Assembly: GCF_036588685.1 (NCBI RefSeq)
Contig: NC_086375.1
Span: 88,164,001-88,228,000 of the forward strand
Source: Mytilus trossulus
Taxonomy: Eukaryota
Length of the DNA: 64,000 nucleotides
Reading direction: 5' to 3'
Position numbers and translations under genes: made by a program
Shown here: positions 51,885-64,000 of the stretch, piece by piece
Numbering within the stretch: the first letter of the stretch is position 1
Layout: every line of letters starts with the position of its first letter
The notes under the pieces: generated by a model
What the model saw: only the letters and a program-made list of their open reading frames with translations
The model's database searches: none
What the model was told of the DNA's origin: nothing

Positions 51885-52337
51885 GGTCCAAGGACACAGT
51901 TATCGTCCTTTGGTTTTCGTTGTCTACGAATATAGTCCCTAGTGTAAACAGTGTATAACTTGCATGTTTTATTTGATACCTTTTCCCAATTTATTTCTTG
52001 ATATTAAATGCATAAAGTATCAAGGAGGGGGATGTAAATACATGTCAGAAACATTTGGGTGCTGAATCCTTATGTTAAGTAGTGAATTGGTCCAGTTCTA
52101 AAAGGTCAAATTTTATCACGTCTGAAGCTGTCAAACTGAATTTTACACCCCCTTAACACAGAATTGTCAATATTTTGAGTTAGAGCTGGGAGAAGTTTCT
52201 ATAATTTTGACATTATTTGTCTCACTGGTAGTCCACTACACTGTAAAAATCTTTTTGAGAAAGAGCAGGTGCGATTTTTTTAATTTGAATTTATTGTCTA
52301 AAAGAAATGCACTACGAAATAACTGTGTTCTCGGGCC
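51885..52337. mobile_element. ~453-bp MITE, copy 2 (direct repeat of copy 1)
   Basis: Same TIRs and internal sequence as 50136-50587. Confidence 0.8.
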
Positions 52338-52584
52338 TCATGGTTTACTTTTAAATTGTTATTTGGATGGAGAGTTGTCTCATTGGCACTCACACCACAT
52401 CTTCCCAAATCTATATATCTTGTTTTTGTTTTGTTGTGTTGTTTCGTTAAAGTGCAGTTTTAGACACATGTTTCTAAATTTCATAATGTAACAGTTCAAT
52501 AATTTACTTTCAACGAATAACTGGTGAGTAAGCATCAAGTTAACGCACAATTAAATGGACCAATAATTTTCGTATATCATATAT

Positions 52585-52930
52585 AATTAGTTATCAAGGT
52601 ACCAGGCTTATAATTTGACATTTACTTTGACGTGTATCGCCTACATAAGAACTATCATTGACGCTCAGATCAAAATAGACAAACAAATAAAAAGTTGAAG
52701 AGCATTAAGGACCCAAATTTGCAAAAAGTAATCGTGTCAAATACGACTAAAGTAATCTATGTCTTGGATTAGAAAATACTTAGTACTTCAAACTATTGAT
52801 ACGTTTGCAAACGGTCAATTTATAAAAATGACCATATAGTGCTCACTACTGTGCTGGTGAAACCCTAGTAAACGAAACGTCCAACAGCATTGAAAAAAAT
52901 TTATCAAAGGTACCAGGAAACAATTTGATA
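52585..52930 (-). repeat. Degenerate unit of the hammerhead-bearing (retrozyme-like) repeat
   Basis: It is bounded by direct repeats TTATCAA(A)GGTACCAGG at ~52591 and ~52901. It is similar to 54993-55140 and 59260-59430. The ribozyme core has decayed. Confidence 0.65.
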
Positions 52931-55014
52931 TGCAAACGCATATGCTGTGATATGATATGATATTATAACACATTCACATCATACATAGGCAATAATGTGA
53001 TGTTATGATATTAACACCATACACATGAACGTGAATAAAACTTATCGTGAAATACAGATTTAGGCAAATGAAATCAGTTATAACAAATTTAACCATCTCT
53101 GATTATCAACGCTTATCCAACAGTGCTACGTGGAAGATATTCATCGGTTAGGTCTCAAATAACAATATTGTCAGAGCATCAGTAAATAATGTTTTCTTAC
53201 TCATTCAATCGAATAGAATCTAAGCGACTGATATATAAACAACACAATCGTTAACTGTTTAAACTTATTAGTTATCATCTTAAGATGACATGTTTAGCAA
53301 CTTAAACCTATATTTGTGATGCATTGATTATAAGGAAATTAGCAAGAAAAGTAAATAATTCTTAAGTTGTTCAAAGATTTAAATGGTGTTAATTTTTGTA
53401 TGATTTTGAAAAATAATCTTATGAATTTGAAACTTCAATACAGAACAGTAACACGACCAACTACCCGACAACCAGCAGAAAAAATACTCATAAACACAGC
53501 GAGAACATCCCAAGGAGTTTAGATTGTCCTTAATAATTCAGCGAAATGGACGCCACATTAAGCTCCCAAAATATGCAAATGGACTAAATTTAAAAAAAAA
53601 AACAAGCCTGGGCTTACAAAGGCTATTTGTTCCTGACTTGGGACAAGCGCAAAATTGGTGATGGGCTAAATAGATATAAGAAGATATGGTATGAGTGTCA
53701 ATGAGACAACTCTCCATCCAAATCACAATTTATAAAGTAGACTATAATAGGTCTTCAACACCGAGCCTTGGCTCACACCGTACAGCAAACTATAAAATAC
53801 ACCCCACCCTCAAAATAAACGACCATTCAAACGGAAAAATCTATATTAAAAAAACAAGAAACACTTATGAAAATGACAGTTGTTATCTTATGGAAGTACA
53901 CCACTAATTCATGGTCCCATTGCTTTCTATGTTAAATTCCTCCGTTTCAAGAAGGAACACCTCTTTTGTTTTAAGTTCAAATAAAGTGGCAACTATTGCA
54001 TTTCAAAGCAACACTTTATGGTGTCTTCTACTGAAAAAATCAACATACCTTACATGGCATATAAGAAAGAACTGGTTCCCGGAACTTCGGATGTACCAAA
54101 ATAGGTACTTCAAATCTGACAAACAGACAAAATGAACTCTCTTTTTAAAATTTGATGCAGTTTTTTTAATATTCCTAATTAAAAGTTCAAAAGTGTTCTA
54201 CAATGATCACCAGTCCTTCAGCTTTCATTTCATACCAAAAATACCTAAATAATCTATATATTTTAGAAGTTAAACTCATGCGTAGGAACTATTTTGTGTT
54301 AAATTTGTACTACTTTCTGGTATGTGATTTCTGGCCATTAGTGGTGTTACACCTTATAGTTCGTTTACTTGTGTGTTGCATTGTCGTTCTGGGTTTTTGT
54401 TGCACGTCAGTGCTTCTGTTGTTTCGTTGTTTTCCTTTTAAAGTTTATGTGTTTACCTCAGTTTTAGTTTGTAACCCGGATTTGTTTTCTCTCACTCGAT
54501 TGATGACTTTTGAACAGCGATATACTATTGTTGCATTTGATTATTGATTACATCAACAATTGAGTCGACAACCACTTAACAGGTTCCTTGTAGGTGCAAA
54601 CACATGCAGTGGGTTTATAGGTACCAGCCTTCACCCTTTCCGGAAACAATACTATAATATCACAACATAGAACGTCACACTATAAAACATGTATATATAT
54701 ACATGTAGCAAATGTCGAGTTAACAACACCACATCAATACGCAAAGTTAAAATACTAGTAGTTGAAAGTCCAAATCAGATGTAAGAATAGGAAACAGAAG
54801 AAACTAAGAAAAATCACAATGAACAGCACACTTTAACAAGTTAATATTAGCAATTACCGATGAGCCAGTTCACAATTCATTAAAAGGGGGCATGATGTAC
54901 CATTTAGGGTAAGAAATGGACCAAAAGTACTATAGGAATACTTCATACTGAAATACTACTGGAATAATACGCTATATAAAAAAAAACTAGCTGGTACCAG
55001 GATTATAATTTAGT

Positions 55015-55058
55015 ACGCCAGACGCTCGTTTCGTTTACATAAGACTCATCAGTGACGC
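55015..55058 (-). ncRNA. Type I hammerhead ribozyme motif (Penelope/retrozyme type)
   Basis: The minus strand reads GCGTCA-CTGATGA-GTCT-TATGT-AAAC-GAAA-CGAGCG-TC-TGGCGT. The core CUGAUGA/GAAA/GUC is intact, stem I is 6 bp, stem II has one mismatch and stem III is minimal. Confidence 0.8.
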
Positions 55059-56097
55059 CCATATCAAAACATTTATAAAGCCAAACAAGTACAAAGTTGG
55101 GGAGCATTGAGGATCTAAAATTCCAAAAATTTGTACCAAATATGTAGTAGAGAATTGATAAGAAGTACTTAGTAGTGGATTCGTAAACGATAATCAACGA
55201 GCGACTTTAGTCTGACGTCAGAGAAATGGGTTAAGACTTAGGTAATCTATGCCTGGGATATTCATTACTAAGATAATACTTTTCATGAAGATAATGCTGA
55301 AATATAACTAAATTCCGATATACTGCCAGAAAAATACTTCTTCGTAAAAACTGCTGAATATTTCGTCACATAGAGATACTACGTCAATAGTACCTCATAT
55401 GCAATAAAGATACTACTGGAAGAATACTTTAAACATATATTATTACAATTACCTTTCAAAACTCTTTTCAGAAGTCAGGAATATGTAATTAGTTGATTAT
55501 CATATTGTCATGTCTGCATATTTTTTTTATTATTTGGGAAACTTGGTAGTATGGGAGATCTTTGGTCGTTTCTGATTTTATTTTGTAGAAATTGTACCTA
55601 TTTAGAGGTTGAGATATTGTTAATGCACTGCCTTTTGTCGAAAATTCCATGTTGCACTATGGCGGTATTTGGATTATATTTGTAGATTGCTTTCTCATTT
55701 ACGTAGTCCCCACATATCTTGAGACTTATGTAGGCATTTGTAACAAATGACAATCATTTGTAGAATTTTTTCTTTATTCTATACTCTAGAAATCTTGAAT
55801 GTGGAACAAATTTTAGAAAAAAGAAATCTATTCCTGTGTTTGAAAAGTCCCAAGTGTTCAACATTTTAACAAATACAATGTTTAAATGACATAGAGGTAA
55901 GTCACCTAATAACATAAATAATTTGATAGGTTTTAAAATAATTTGTTTTGAATAAACGCCGCATTTAATAACACAAAAAGCTTGGGTAAAGAAGACAACA
56001 TTTGTAAGTGCTCTTAATGTAATTTTATAATGTTAGTTCCTTTAAAGTAACGATATAAAAGAATTCAAAGTCATACATAATTTATTCTATGTTATAG

Positions 56098-56627
56098 ATG
56101 TGTACAAAATAGAAACTAAATTTTCAGCAAAGTCTTAACAACTTTATATTGAACAAAATCTAACGTTCATCAACACAAAGTACAATACCTCTTTTCAGAA
56201 TTATAAAGATGCTGAGACATCAAACATTATCAAGAGCATAGTACGTTATTATAAACCAGCACATTTATATCTTCTAAATAAAATATTTGTTCCTGCATTG
56301 TCTACCAGACAAACTGAGTCAGTTAATCAGCCATATCAGATCCGTCATCAGTCCGACAATGTCGTCAACCAAACTCACAATGATAAAGGAACTAAATTAT
56401 GCACACGGATACAGGATCTTGGAATTACTGAATGGGATCAGGATGGAAGCTTTTGGTTGCAAAAATGTGACATACACAACTGCTGTCAGTCGATAAGAAA
56501 TACGAAATAATATTCTATTTTCTGCCAGAACAAAGGACATCCTGAACTCGGAATGTTTACCTACTACGCAACGAACGGTAGAACTATATTGTGCCATGAC
56601 TATGATATGTATACAAATAAGCGCTAA
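56098..56627 (+). pseudogene. Possible decayed coding exon, unknown product
   Basis: After an acceptor-like TTATAG, one frame runs ~176 codons with two internal TAA (56136, 56508). It is Cys/Trp-containing and more GC-rich than its flanks. No family was recognised. Confidence 0.3.
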
Positions 56628-59600
56628 TATTTCGCATGCATGTGTACAGCTCATTCACTTTGTTTGTGTACTAATGTGTTTGTTTGTGTAGTTGTACATT
56701 TATTTGTTTAGAAGACAGAATTATCAAATCTTTGTCAAAACGGGCTCATTTAGAAAAAAATACAAAAAAAAATGAAGAAATGAACCCTCTTCAAATAAGA
56801 ACTTTTCCGAATTTGGCATGCTCTCCATGTAGTAAAATTAAACGATATGTACTCGTAAAACTAGTAGTTGGATAACTAGTTAATATTATAATATTATTAG
56901 CATAATTTTTTCCGAAATGCGGAGCGATAATTGTCAAGTAGTTACGATCGGGCTTTAATGAGTTATCAAATTTGTAGTACACAAGGGAGGAGAAAAGAAA
57001 TTATATGCAGATGATCAGACAGTATTGGTGATCAACATTCATTACAGTAAATAAACGAACATAGTAGCGCTGGTCATTCATACATCCAGTCAATGATAAC
57101 AGATATGTAATTCTATGCTATCAATTAATTAGAGTATATAAATTTATACAATTAATAAGGTATTGGTTTAATGCGGTACAAAAACAAAATTTAAAAAATC
57201 AAAACAAAACAAAACAAAACAAATAAAAAAAACCAACACACAACCATATCAATGTGACAAAGTCACCATGGAAGTTTTATTTTACTTTTTTACCCGAAAG
57301 AAATAATTTATTATTTTAGAATATTACTTGTATCAGGCTACAGTCTAATCAACGAAATTCCAATACCACCCCATTGATTTTTTTATTGGGTTGTTTGATG
57401 TTAATATTTCCTATTTGCAGTCCTGTATTCCTGAATTCGAGAATTGAGCAGTTTGAATTATAATTAACATATAACACAAAAAACTTACAAAATACACGAC
57501 AAAACACAAAAACAAAAGATAGCAATTCAAATTCCAAAATTATTAATTTATTTGGTAAAGAAACTTGCATTTTATGTTTGATGGTAAAAACACTTTGTAT
57601 TTGAATTTGAACATGGTAAATGAACTCTACATTTGAATTTGACATGATAAATGAATAATCCATTGCTATTTGGGTTTAGTGGGAAGTTTAGGATTGTATT
57701 TACCCAACAATTGGCTAAATGTTTATTATTAACATCAAATGATTATGATTGTCCTGATTTTGACACTCACATCAAATTCAATTTTGTAGATCTCTCAAAA
57801 ATAAAATAAATGATGATAAATTGCAAATCGAAGACATATAGATAATACTTGGACCAAAACAAAAAACAAAAAGACAAACACGTTCATGAAACTAAACACA
57901 CTGAACTATGAACTTCACTTTAAGAAACAGCTGAACCTGATATGCTGCATAGTATACTATCGTGTTGTGTTAATTAGTTGCATTACAATCTATTTCTGGA
58001 TCATATTCAGTGATAGTTTATTCCTAATTTTCTAAATTTTATGATTGTTGCCTTCATTTCATTACAATCAAAAAATATTCATGGAAATTGATGGGATCAC
58101 GTGTAACTACACATGGTAAGCGAGATGATTGAGTGCCATTGAAATAAGATGCAGTCTGATTTCCAATGAGACAACTACCTTACTAAGTTCAAATGATGAA
58201 AGTAGCAGCTTGGGTCATCACACAACTTTCCGGAAAACTATACCGTATATGAATAAACGCAACATGTGTGTACCGATGTTAAAAAGTCATCAATCGATTG
58301 AAAGACAAATACAACCAGGTAACAAACTAAAACCGACGGAAACACATTAACTATAAGAGGAAAACAACGACACAACAGAACACTGAAGTGCAAAAAAATC
58401 CAAAAGACAATGCAAAATACATAGAAACGAACTATTTGATAACAACTGTCATATTCCTGACTTGGTACACATGTACAAGACATTGTAAGGAAATAATTGT
58501 TGGTTGAATCTTGTTTTGTGGCTAAATGAAACCCGCGTATATGGCAATGTTAAATATACCACTAAAATGACAACACTACATGGAATACAGTACAAACAAA
58601 TGAAAAAACCCACCAAACACTCAAGACAGAGAAATACTAGTACATAAATAATAGAACAATTCGACATGTCAATCACAAAATAATATCGAATGACTAAAAT
58701 TAATTTAGGACAGGAAATAAAAGCAGCATAATATAATTGCGAACTGTGCGTCTGTCACACGAATGTATCAACGCCACAAAATGTAACGTCGCAGGTAAAT
58801 TTCATATATATATATATAAATCTAGATTAGATTACAAGAATATTAATACATAATTGTTAGTTATTGTGCACTAAATACTAATGAAATATAAAAAATATAT
58901 AATAGTATAATGTGGCGATGTTTATTTTTATTTTTCATTTATTCCTATTCCTTTTCACACTGTTGTTAAATAATATAGTGTACTTAGATCTTTAAACGTT
59001 AAATGGAAATCAATTATCTTACAATCAATATCAATAGATATTACAGTATGCCTTTTATGCAGTAGGTATTTTAAAAGTTATATTTTAATCTCATACGCAA
59101 TACAGAATTACACAAAACTATATTTGAATTTTATAAATTATAATTACGCAATATGACATATCCTTAACATGAAATCATGTTTAAAATATAACATTCTTAA
59201 AATCTTTTTTAATATTTTACGCAATTAAGAAACAAATTTACAAATAAACTCATCATATAAATCAAATAAAGTACGAAGTTGAAGAGCTTTGATGACCAAA
59301 ATTCCTAAATGATTTTTGCCAGATATAGACAAGGAAATATATTCCTGAGGTGGAAAAGCCTTAGTATTTCAAAAATTCAAACATTTTTGTAAATAGTTGT
59401 ATTTATTAGTCAATAAATATGACCATATTAAGATTTATTCCTATGAAGAATAAATCCGGTTATCGGAGGAAAGTGGGCTTACGTTTTGGGAGTTGTCCCG
59501 CCTTGCACACGTGGTGGAACTTATTATGTATTATGAGTCACGTTAATTATTTTAACCTTGACAACTGTGACGTCATCATTCTTTCTATATCACGTACGAT

Positions 59601-60074
59601 ACAGCAGAGGGATGACGCAAAAAATTGGGTTCCGGATGAATGAACTAATGTTTGTTTCAAAAGTTACCCACCCACCCACCACTTAGATTAAAGACATACT
59701 CCTAAAATGTAGTTGATATGCACGTGTTAAAATGTTATATCATGTTGTTCGTTTTTCTGCTGTTTTTGTTCTATTTGCAGGTTGAAATGACTGGTAGGTT
59801 ATTCCGATAGTAATCCCAATCATTTGTCACGGGTTCAGACAAAGACTCAGACCATTGTAATCCCAATCCTTCGTCACGGCTTCAGACAAAGACTCCCACC
59901 ATTTAATGGCGAAAATAGCGACACAACATCTACAAATATATTATGCTTCTTATAATGGAATTATGTATCCGCTGAGCTTCTGTTTCCCAGGGCCAGCATC
60001 ATATATAGTTTGGAAGCAATAATGTTAATAAGGATATTATATTGATATATAAGGAAATGACATTATAAGAAATA

Positions 60075-60292
60075 ACAATAAGGTGGAAAAAAGGAATAAG
60101 AATAATGTGGAAATAAGGAATAAGGAATGGACAATAATGTGGAAATAAGGAATAAGGAATGGACAATAATGTGGGAATAAGGAATAAGGAATGGACAATA
60201 ATGTGGAAATAAGGAATAAGGAATGGACAATAATGTGGGAATAAGGAATGTGGAATGGACAATAATGTGGAAATAAGGAATAAGGAATGGAC
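60075..60292. repeat. Minisatellite, 32-bp unit ACAATAATGTGG(A/G)AATAAGGAATAAGGAATGG, ~6-7 copies
   Basis: Units start at 60131, 60163, 60195, 60227 and 60259. The array lies inside a ~1-kb insertion (~59431-60447) that appears to split a retrozyme-family fragment. Confidence 0.9.
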
Positions 60293-60668
60293 TATAAGGT
60301 TTAATTATATATACTAGGGACTTGCCAATTATGTTTCTCGGCAGTCCCATTCTTTGTCAAGCCGTGGCCGTACAATTTTGTACTTTTGCCAAATAAATAT
60401 TTCTAACTTTATATGTGTATGTCATTTGGCCCCACGTTGTCTCAGATAACAATGATAATTCATGTCAGCACAGACGTGCTGACTACTGGGCTGCAGAAGA
60501 CATGCACTTATTTTGTAGATAAGATATCAGATATAAGTTATATCTATCTACTTTTAGATGTAGATTTTTAGATATGAGTTATATCTATCGTCGTTATCAC
60601 CCTGTCATGGATGTATATACCATATCTCTCTTCCAAAAAATTGAAAACAACACCTTTAATTATTTCTT

Positions 60669-60710
60669 GCGTCCGAAGCGCTTTTCTGGATTTACCTTCA
60701 TCAGAACGAT
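60669..60710 (-). ncRNA. Minimal type I hammerhead ribozyme motif (second family, probably impaired)
   Basis: The minus strand reads ATCGTT-CTGATGA-AGGTAAATCCA-GAAA-AGCGCT-TC-GGACGC. The core is intact and loop III is the palindrome AGCGCT. Stem I appears to lack one base. Confidence 0.65.
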
Positions 60711-61654
60711 CAAAGCCAAAAATTTGAAATCCGAAATTGTATAAAGGCAACAGCAGTAAACCGCTGTTCAAAATTCATAAAACTGAGGGAAACGTATCAA
60801 GTATAAGAGAACTACGACACAACACCGGAACGTAACACATACAGAAACGAACTATAATGTAACAATAGCCATTGTCCTAACTTGGTACAGGGCATTCAAT
60901 GAAAAATAAGGTGGGTTGAACCCGCTTTAATGACAGTATATATAAGAACCGAGACTATGAAGAGCTATGTGTCAAAAATACCTAAAATAATTGTCAAATT
61001 CATCCTTCGACATTTAATTATAAGTAACAACTAAATAGCAAGAAAAACGTTACATCTGCATCGTCATTATTTTATAATTATAAGCGAATACATCTCTTTT
61101 GTCAAAGAAGGCTTTTTATCGTAATACCCTCGATGATATTGAAATTGTAATTTATAGAGTATAATACAGACGTGCACAGACAAAGATCACACAACAAAGA
61201 ACAAACTATTTTTTAACGTTATGTAAAAAGTAGATGTGGAACAAATGACATTGAATTAAGTAGCTATAGGCCATCGGTCATGTTTCACAATATGCAAATC
61301 GAAAACCGTATGTAGTAAACTTTAAAAGTAAAGCCATGACAGAGTGTGGAACAATTTAAACGAGAATACCAGCGGCCTTATTTAGAACAAACATGTTAAC
61401 AATTTAAAACCGAGTATTAACGTGACTAAAAGGGAAAGGAGAGAGAGTGGATATGCTACGTCAGTCTCATTTGTAGAACTGAATATAAGTTAAACCATTT
61501 CATAATTTGTTGATACTGATATTTCAGAAAAAGAACATCAACGATTTGAATTATTGATTGTGCGAAAATATTGCAGAATGAATGCACTAATGAAAAACAC
61601 TGGGTTATAAATTAAGAATGATACAAGATCAGAAGACTAATTTAAACTCAATCC

Positions 61655-62233
61655 TTAATGAGCTTTGACATTGCTGATTCCCACGGGTCTATTTCCAAAC
61701 AAAACTAATAACCCTATACTATAAAATTTGTAGATTGTTTCGTTCAGGTATAATACTATACCATTAGAATTGCTTGTCATGTTGAAATAGTGTGGCACTT
61801 TGAACAAATCATATTTAAACCATAGTTCATCACCATTTATATTCAAATCACCGTTAGATACTGGAATGACACCTACGTGTCCCGCTTTACAGCCTTCATA
61901 TCGAGCGACATACTTTGTTACTTTAAGATACTTTGTCCTCGAGAATTCATAGGAACATTCTTTATCGAATAACTCTGTGTGTACGATAATGCCTGCAACA
62001 CGACTCACACATATTTTATATTAAGTTTTGGTTGACACTGATGAAGGAGTTAGTATATGATAGCTCCATGCATGTAGATCCTTCTCTATAGTAACGGTTG
62101 CGTCAAATACTGATAAATTATCAGCTATATCCGATACTAAAATATATAATGATCCATTATATATAATATGCATACTAGAATATATATTTTTAAAACACTC
62201 TAAATTATAAACTCTCCTATTTATTCTTTCTAT
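61655..62233 (-). pseudogene. Possible disrupted coding exon (~190 codons, one internal stop), product unknown
   Basis: ORFs 62021-62242 and 61655-62008 are in the same frame, separated by a single TAA (62021-62023). An acceptor-like TGTTTCAG precedes 62233 on the minus strand. Confidence 0.4.
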
Positions 62234-63234
62234 CTGAAACATATGTTTTTAATATTAATCAGTTTATTTAAACTATTTTGATGGTGTTTTTGACCAAACT
62301 CCATTTAAGATTCGGTTATGTATCTGAAAGGGCACTAGTATTATAATTGATTTTACCATTGATCAGCCCGCCGGTACCATTAATTTAACACGAGCAATAG
62401 AATAAAGAATCAACCCGCTTTAAACTATAAAATTTCACGTTCCGGTTAATGATATCTATCACAAGGACGGCAATTCGTTAGGATCGCAGAGTTCGAGGTT
62501 GCGTTTCTGTAAATAAATACCATGCAATTTCCAGGAGGAACTCACTTTGCGGCTGAAACTGCCCTTTTTACTATGCAACTACGTATAAAAATTACACCCG
62601 GGAAGGGAAGTTGATATGCACTACTATTTTATTCAAAGGTAAAAACATAGGACTGTGCGGCATACTTTCATCATATTCATGCCCCGAACTTGTTATTTTG
62701 AACTTTAAAAAGTACAAAATTTCTGTACTAACCCTACCTTCACCTTGTGACTACTTCACGATTCAACTTTAAATGATATTTTATACTGGTAACAGTCCCA
62801 AGTTTTGTCTCTATGAGATGACATAGAGATATAATATCTGAGAACCAGTGTGTCAACAAATCAAATTATCTATGAATATAATATGTCTCCCAAAAAGAGG
62901 CGTGTTTCTACTACTCGGTAATAAGCATTCCTTCGGGCACCAATTGTGTCCATTTAATAGCTTACATATCTGTACTGTCACAAATCACAGTTTGTGTCAA
63001 AGCCAGAAAAGACCATTCGAAATGCTATTATATTTCACGTTGTCATACTGATATTTATTTGTTAATAATAAGGAATCCTTAAATATACTGCTGAAATATA
63101 CCAAAAGGAACTTACAATCAATATTCGAATATTAAGAGCAATAACTGTTCGTTTTAGTTTCACACGAGAAAGTCTACACACAAATGACTACAAAAAGAAC
63201 GATAAAGCTTGGGTGTTAGTTTTCCATGTCATTT

Positions 63235-64000
63235 TGTATCTGGCGTAGTTCTACAGTACATGATATATTAGGCATGAAGATGTAATTTATACAGATAAGC
63301 TAAATTATCTATAGTAAATGATCCTACAAATAAATGTAAGTTACATTCACAGAAATAATTATATTTATGAGTACGTCTGAACCAGTGACAACTCTACAAC
63401 AGATTTATCAATCGGATCACCAGCAGTGATGGTGATACATGGCTGTGTACATTATATTTATACAACTCGTCTACCCAACAAGGTTAAATCTGTAAAATTT
63501 GCTTTTGCAAATTTTGCAAATTTCTTGTTCTTCCCTCGCCGGGATTCAATAAGGCGTGAAGATGTTATTCTTACAGATCAGCTAAATTATCTATACTTAA
63601 GGATCCTACAACTGAATGTAAGATACAGTCACAGAAATAATTATATTTATAAGTACGTCTGAACCATTGAAACAGATTTATCCATCGGATCACATGTAGT
63701 GATGGTGATACATGGCTGTGTACCTTCTGTATAAACAACTCGTCTAAACATCAAACCAACAATGTAAGAACTGTAAATTTGCTTTCGCAAATTTTATGTT
63801 CTTAACTCGCGGTGATTCGAAACCTTGCTACTGAGATATCGTGAAACCAAATCGCCTGCACTGTAACCGGTGCCCTAGACAACACGACCACCTAGGCTTC
63901 TAACATGAAGCTTTCGGTTGCCGGATGTTACCTTTCCATGTCCGTTTTTATCTAGCGTAGTACTACAGTACATGATATATAAGCCATGAAGAAATTATTT
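63235..64000 (-). repeat. Diverged tandem copies of the ~440-bp tRNA-cassette repeat, running off the window end
   Basis: It matches 8076-8968 (CAACTCGTCTAAACATCAA, GATTCGAA, CAAATCGCCTGCACTG, CTACAGTACATGATATA). One unit is internally deleted at ~63548. Confidence 0.85.

Noticed and set aside
59999-60350. Repetitive minus-strand ORFs
   Set aside because: They are translations of the 32-bp minisatellite.

Overview
AT-rich eukaryotic (spliced-gene) DNA. The repeat content (Penelope fragments, Helentron-like elements, SINE-like cores) suggests a bivalve mollusc, probably Mytilus-like; this is an inference. The main content is a head-to-tail cluster of four divergent TNF-superfamily ligand genes on the + strand: 10085-11896, 15695-18759, 28775-35553 and 44653-46282. 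Each encodes a type II membrane protein of 280-302 aa with a C-terminal TNF homology domain. All were rebuilt by hand from GT-AG exons with consistent phases. The rest of the window is transposon-rich: an RTE-X-like LINE, CR1/L2 fragments, Penelope fragments, MITEs and a Helentron-like element. Two non-autonomous DNA transposons end in the RSS heptamer CACAGTG with 5-bp TSDs (Transib/RAG-like). There are also two type I hammerhead ribozyme motifs, a ~440-bp tandem repeat carrying a tRNA-like Pol III cassette, and two possible pseudogene exons near the right end.
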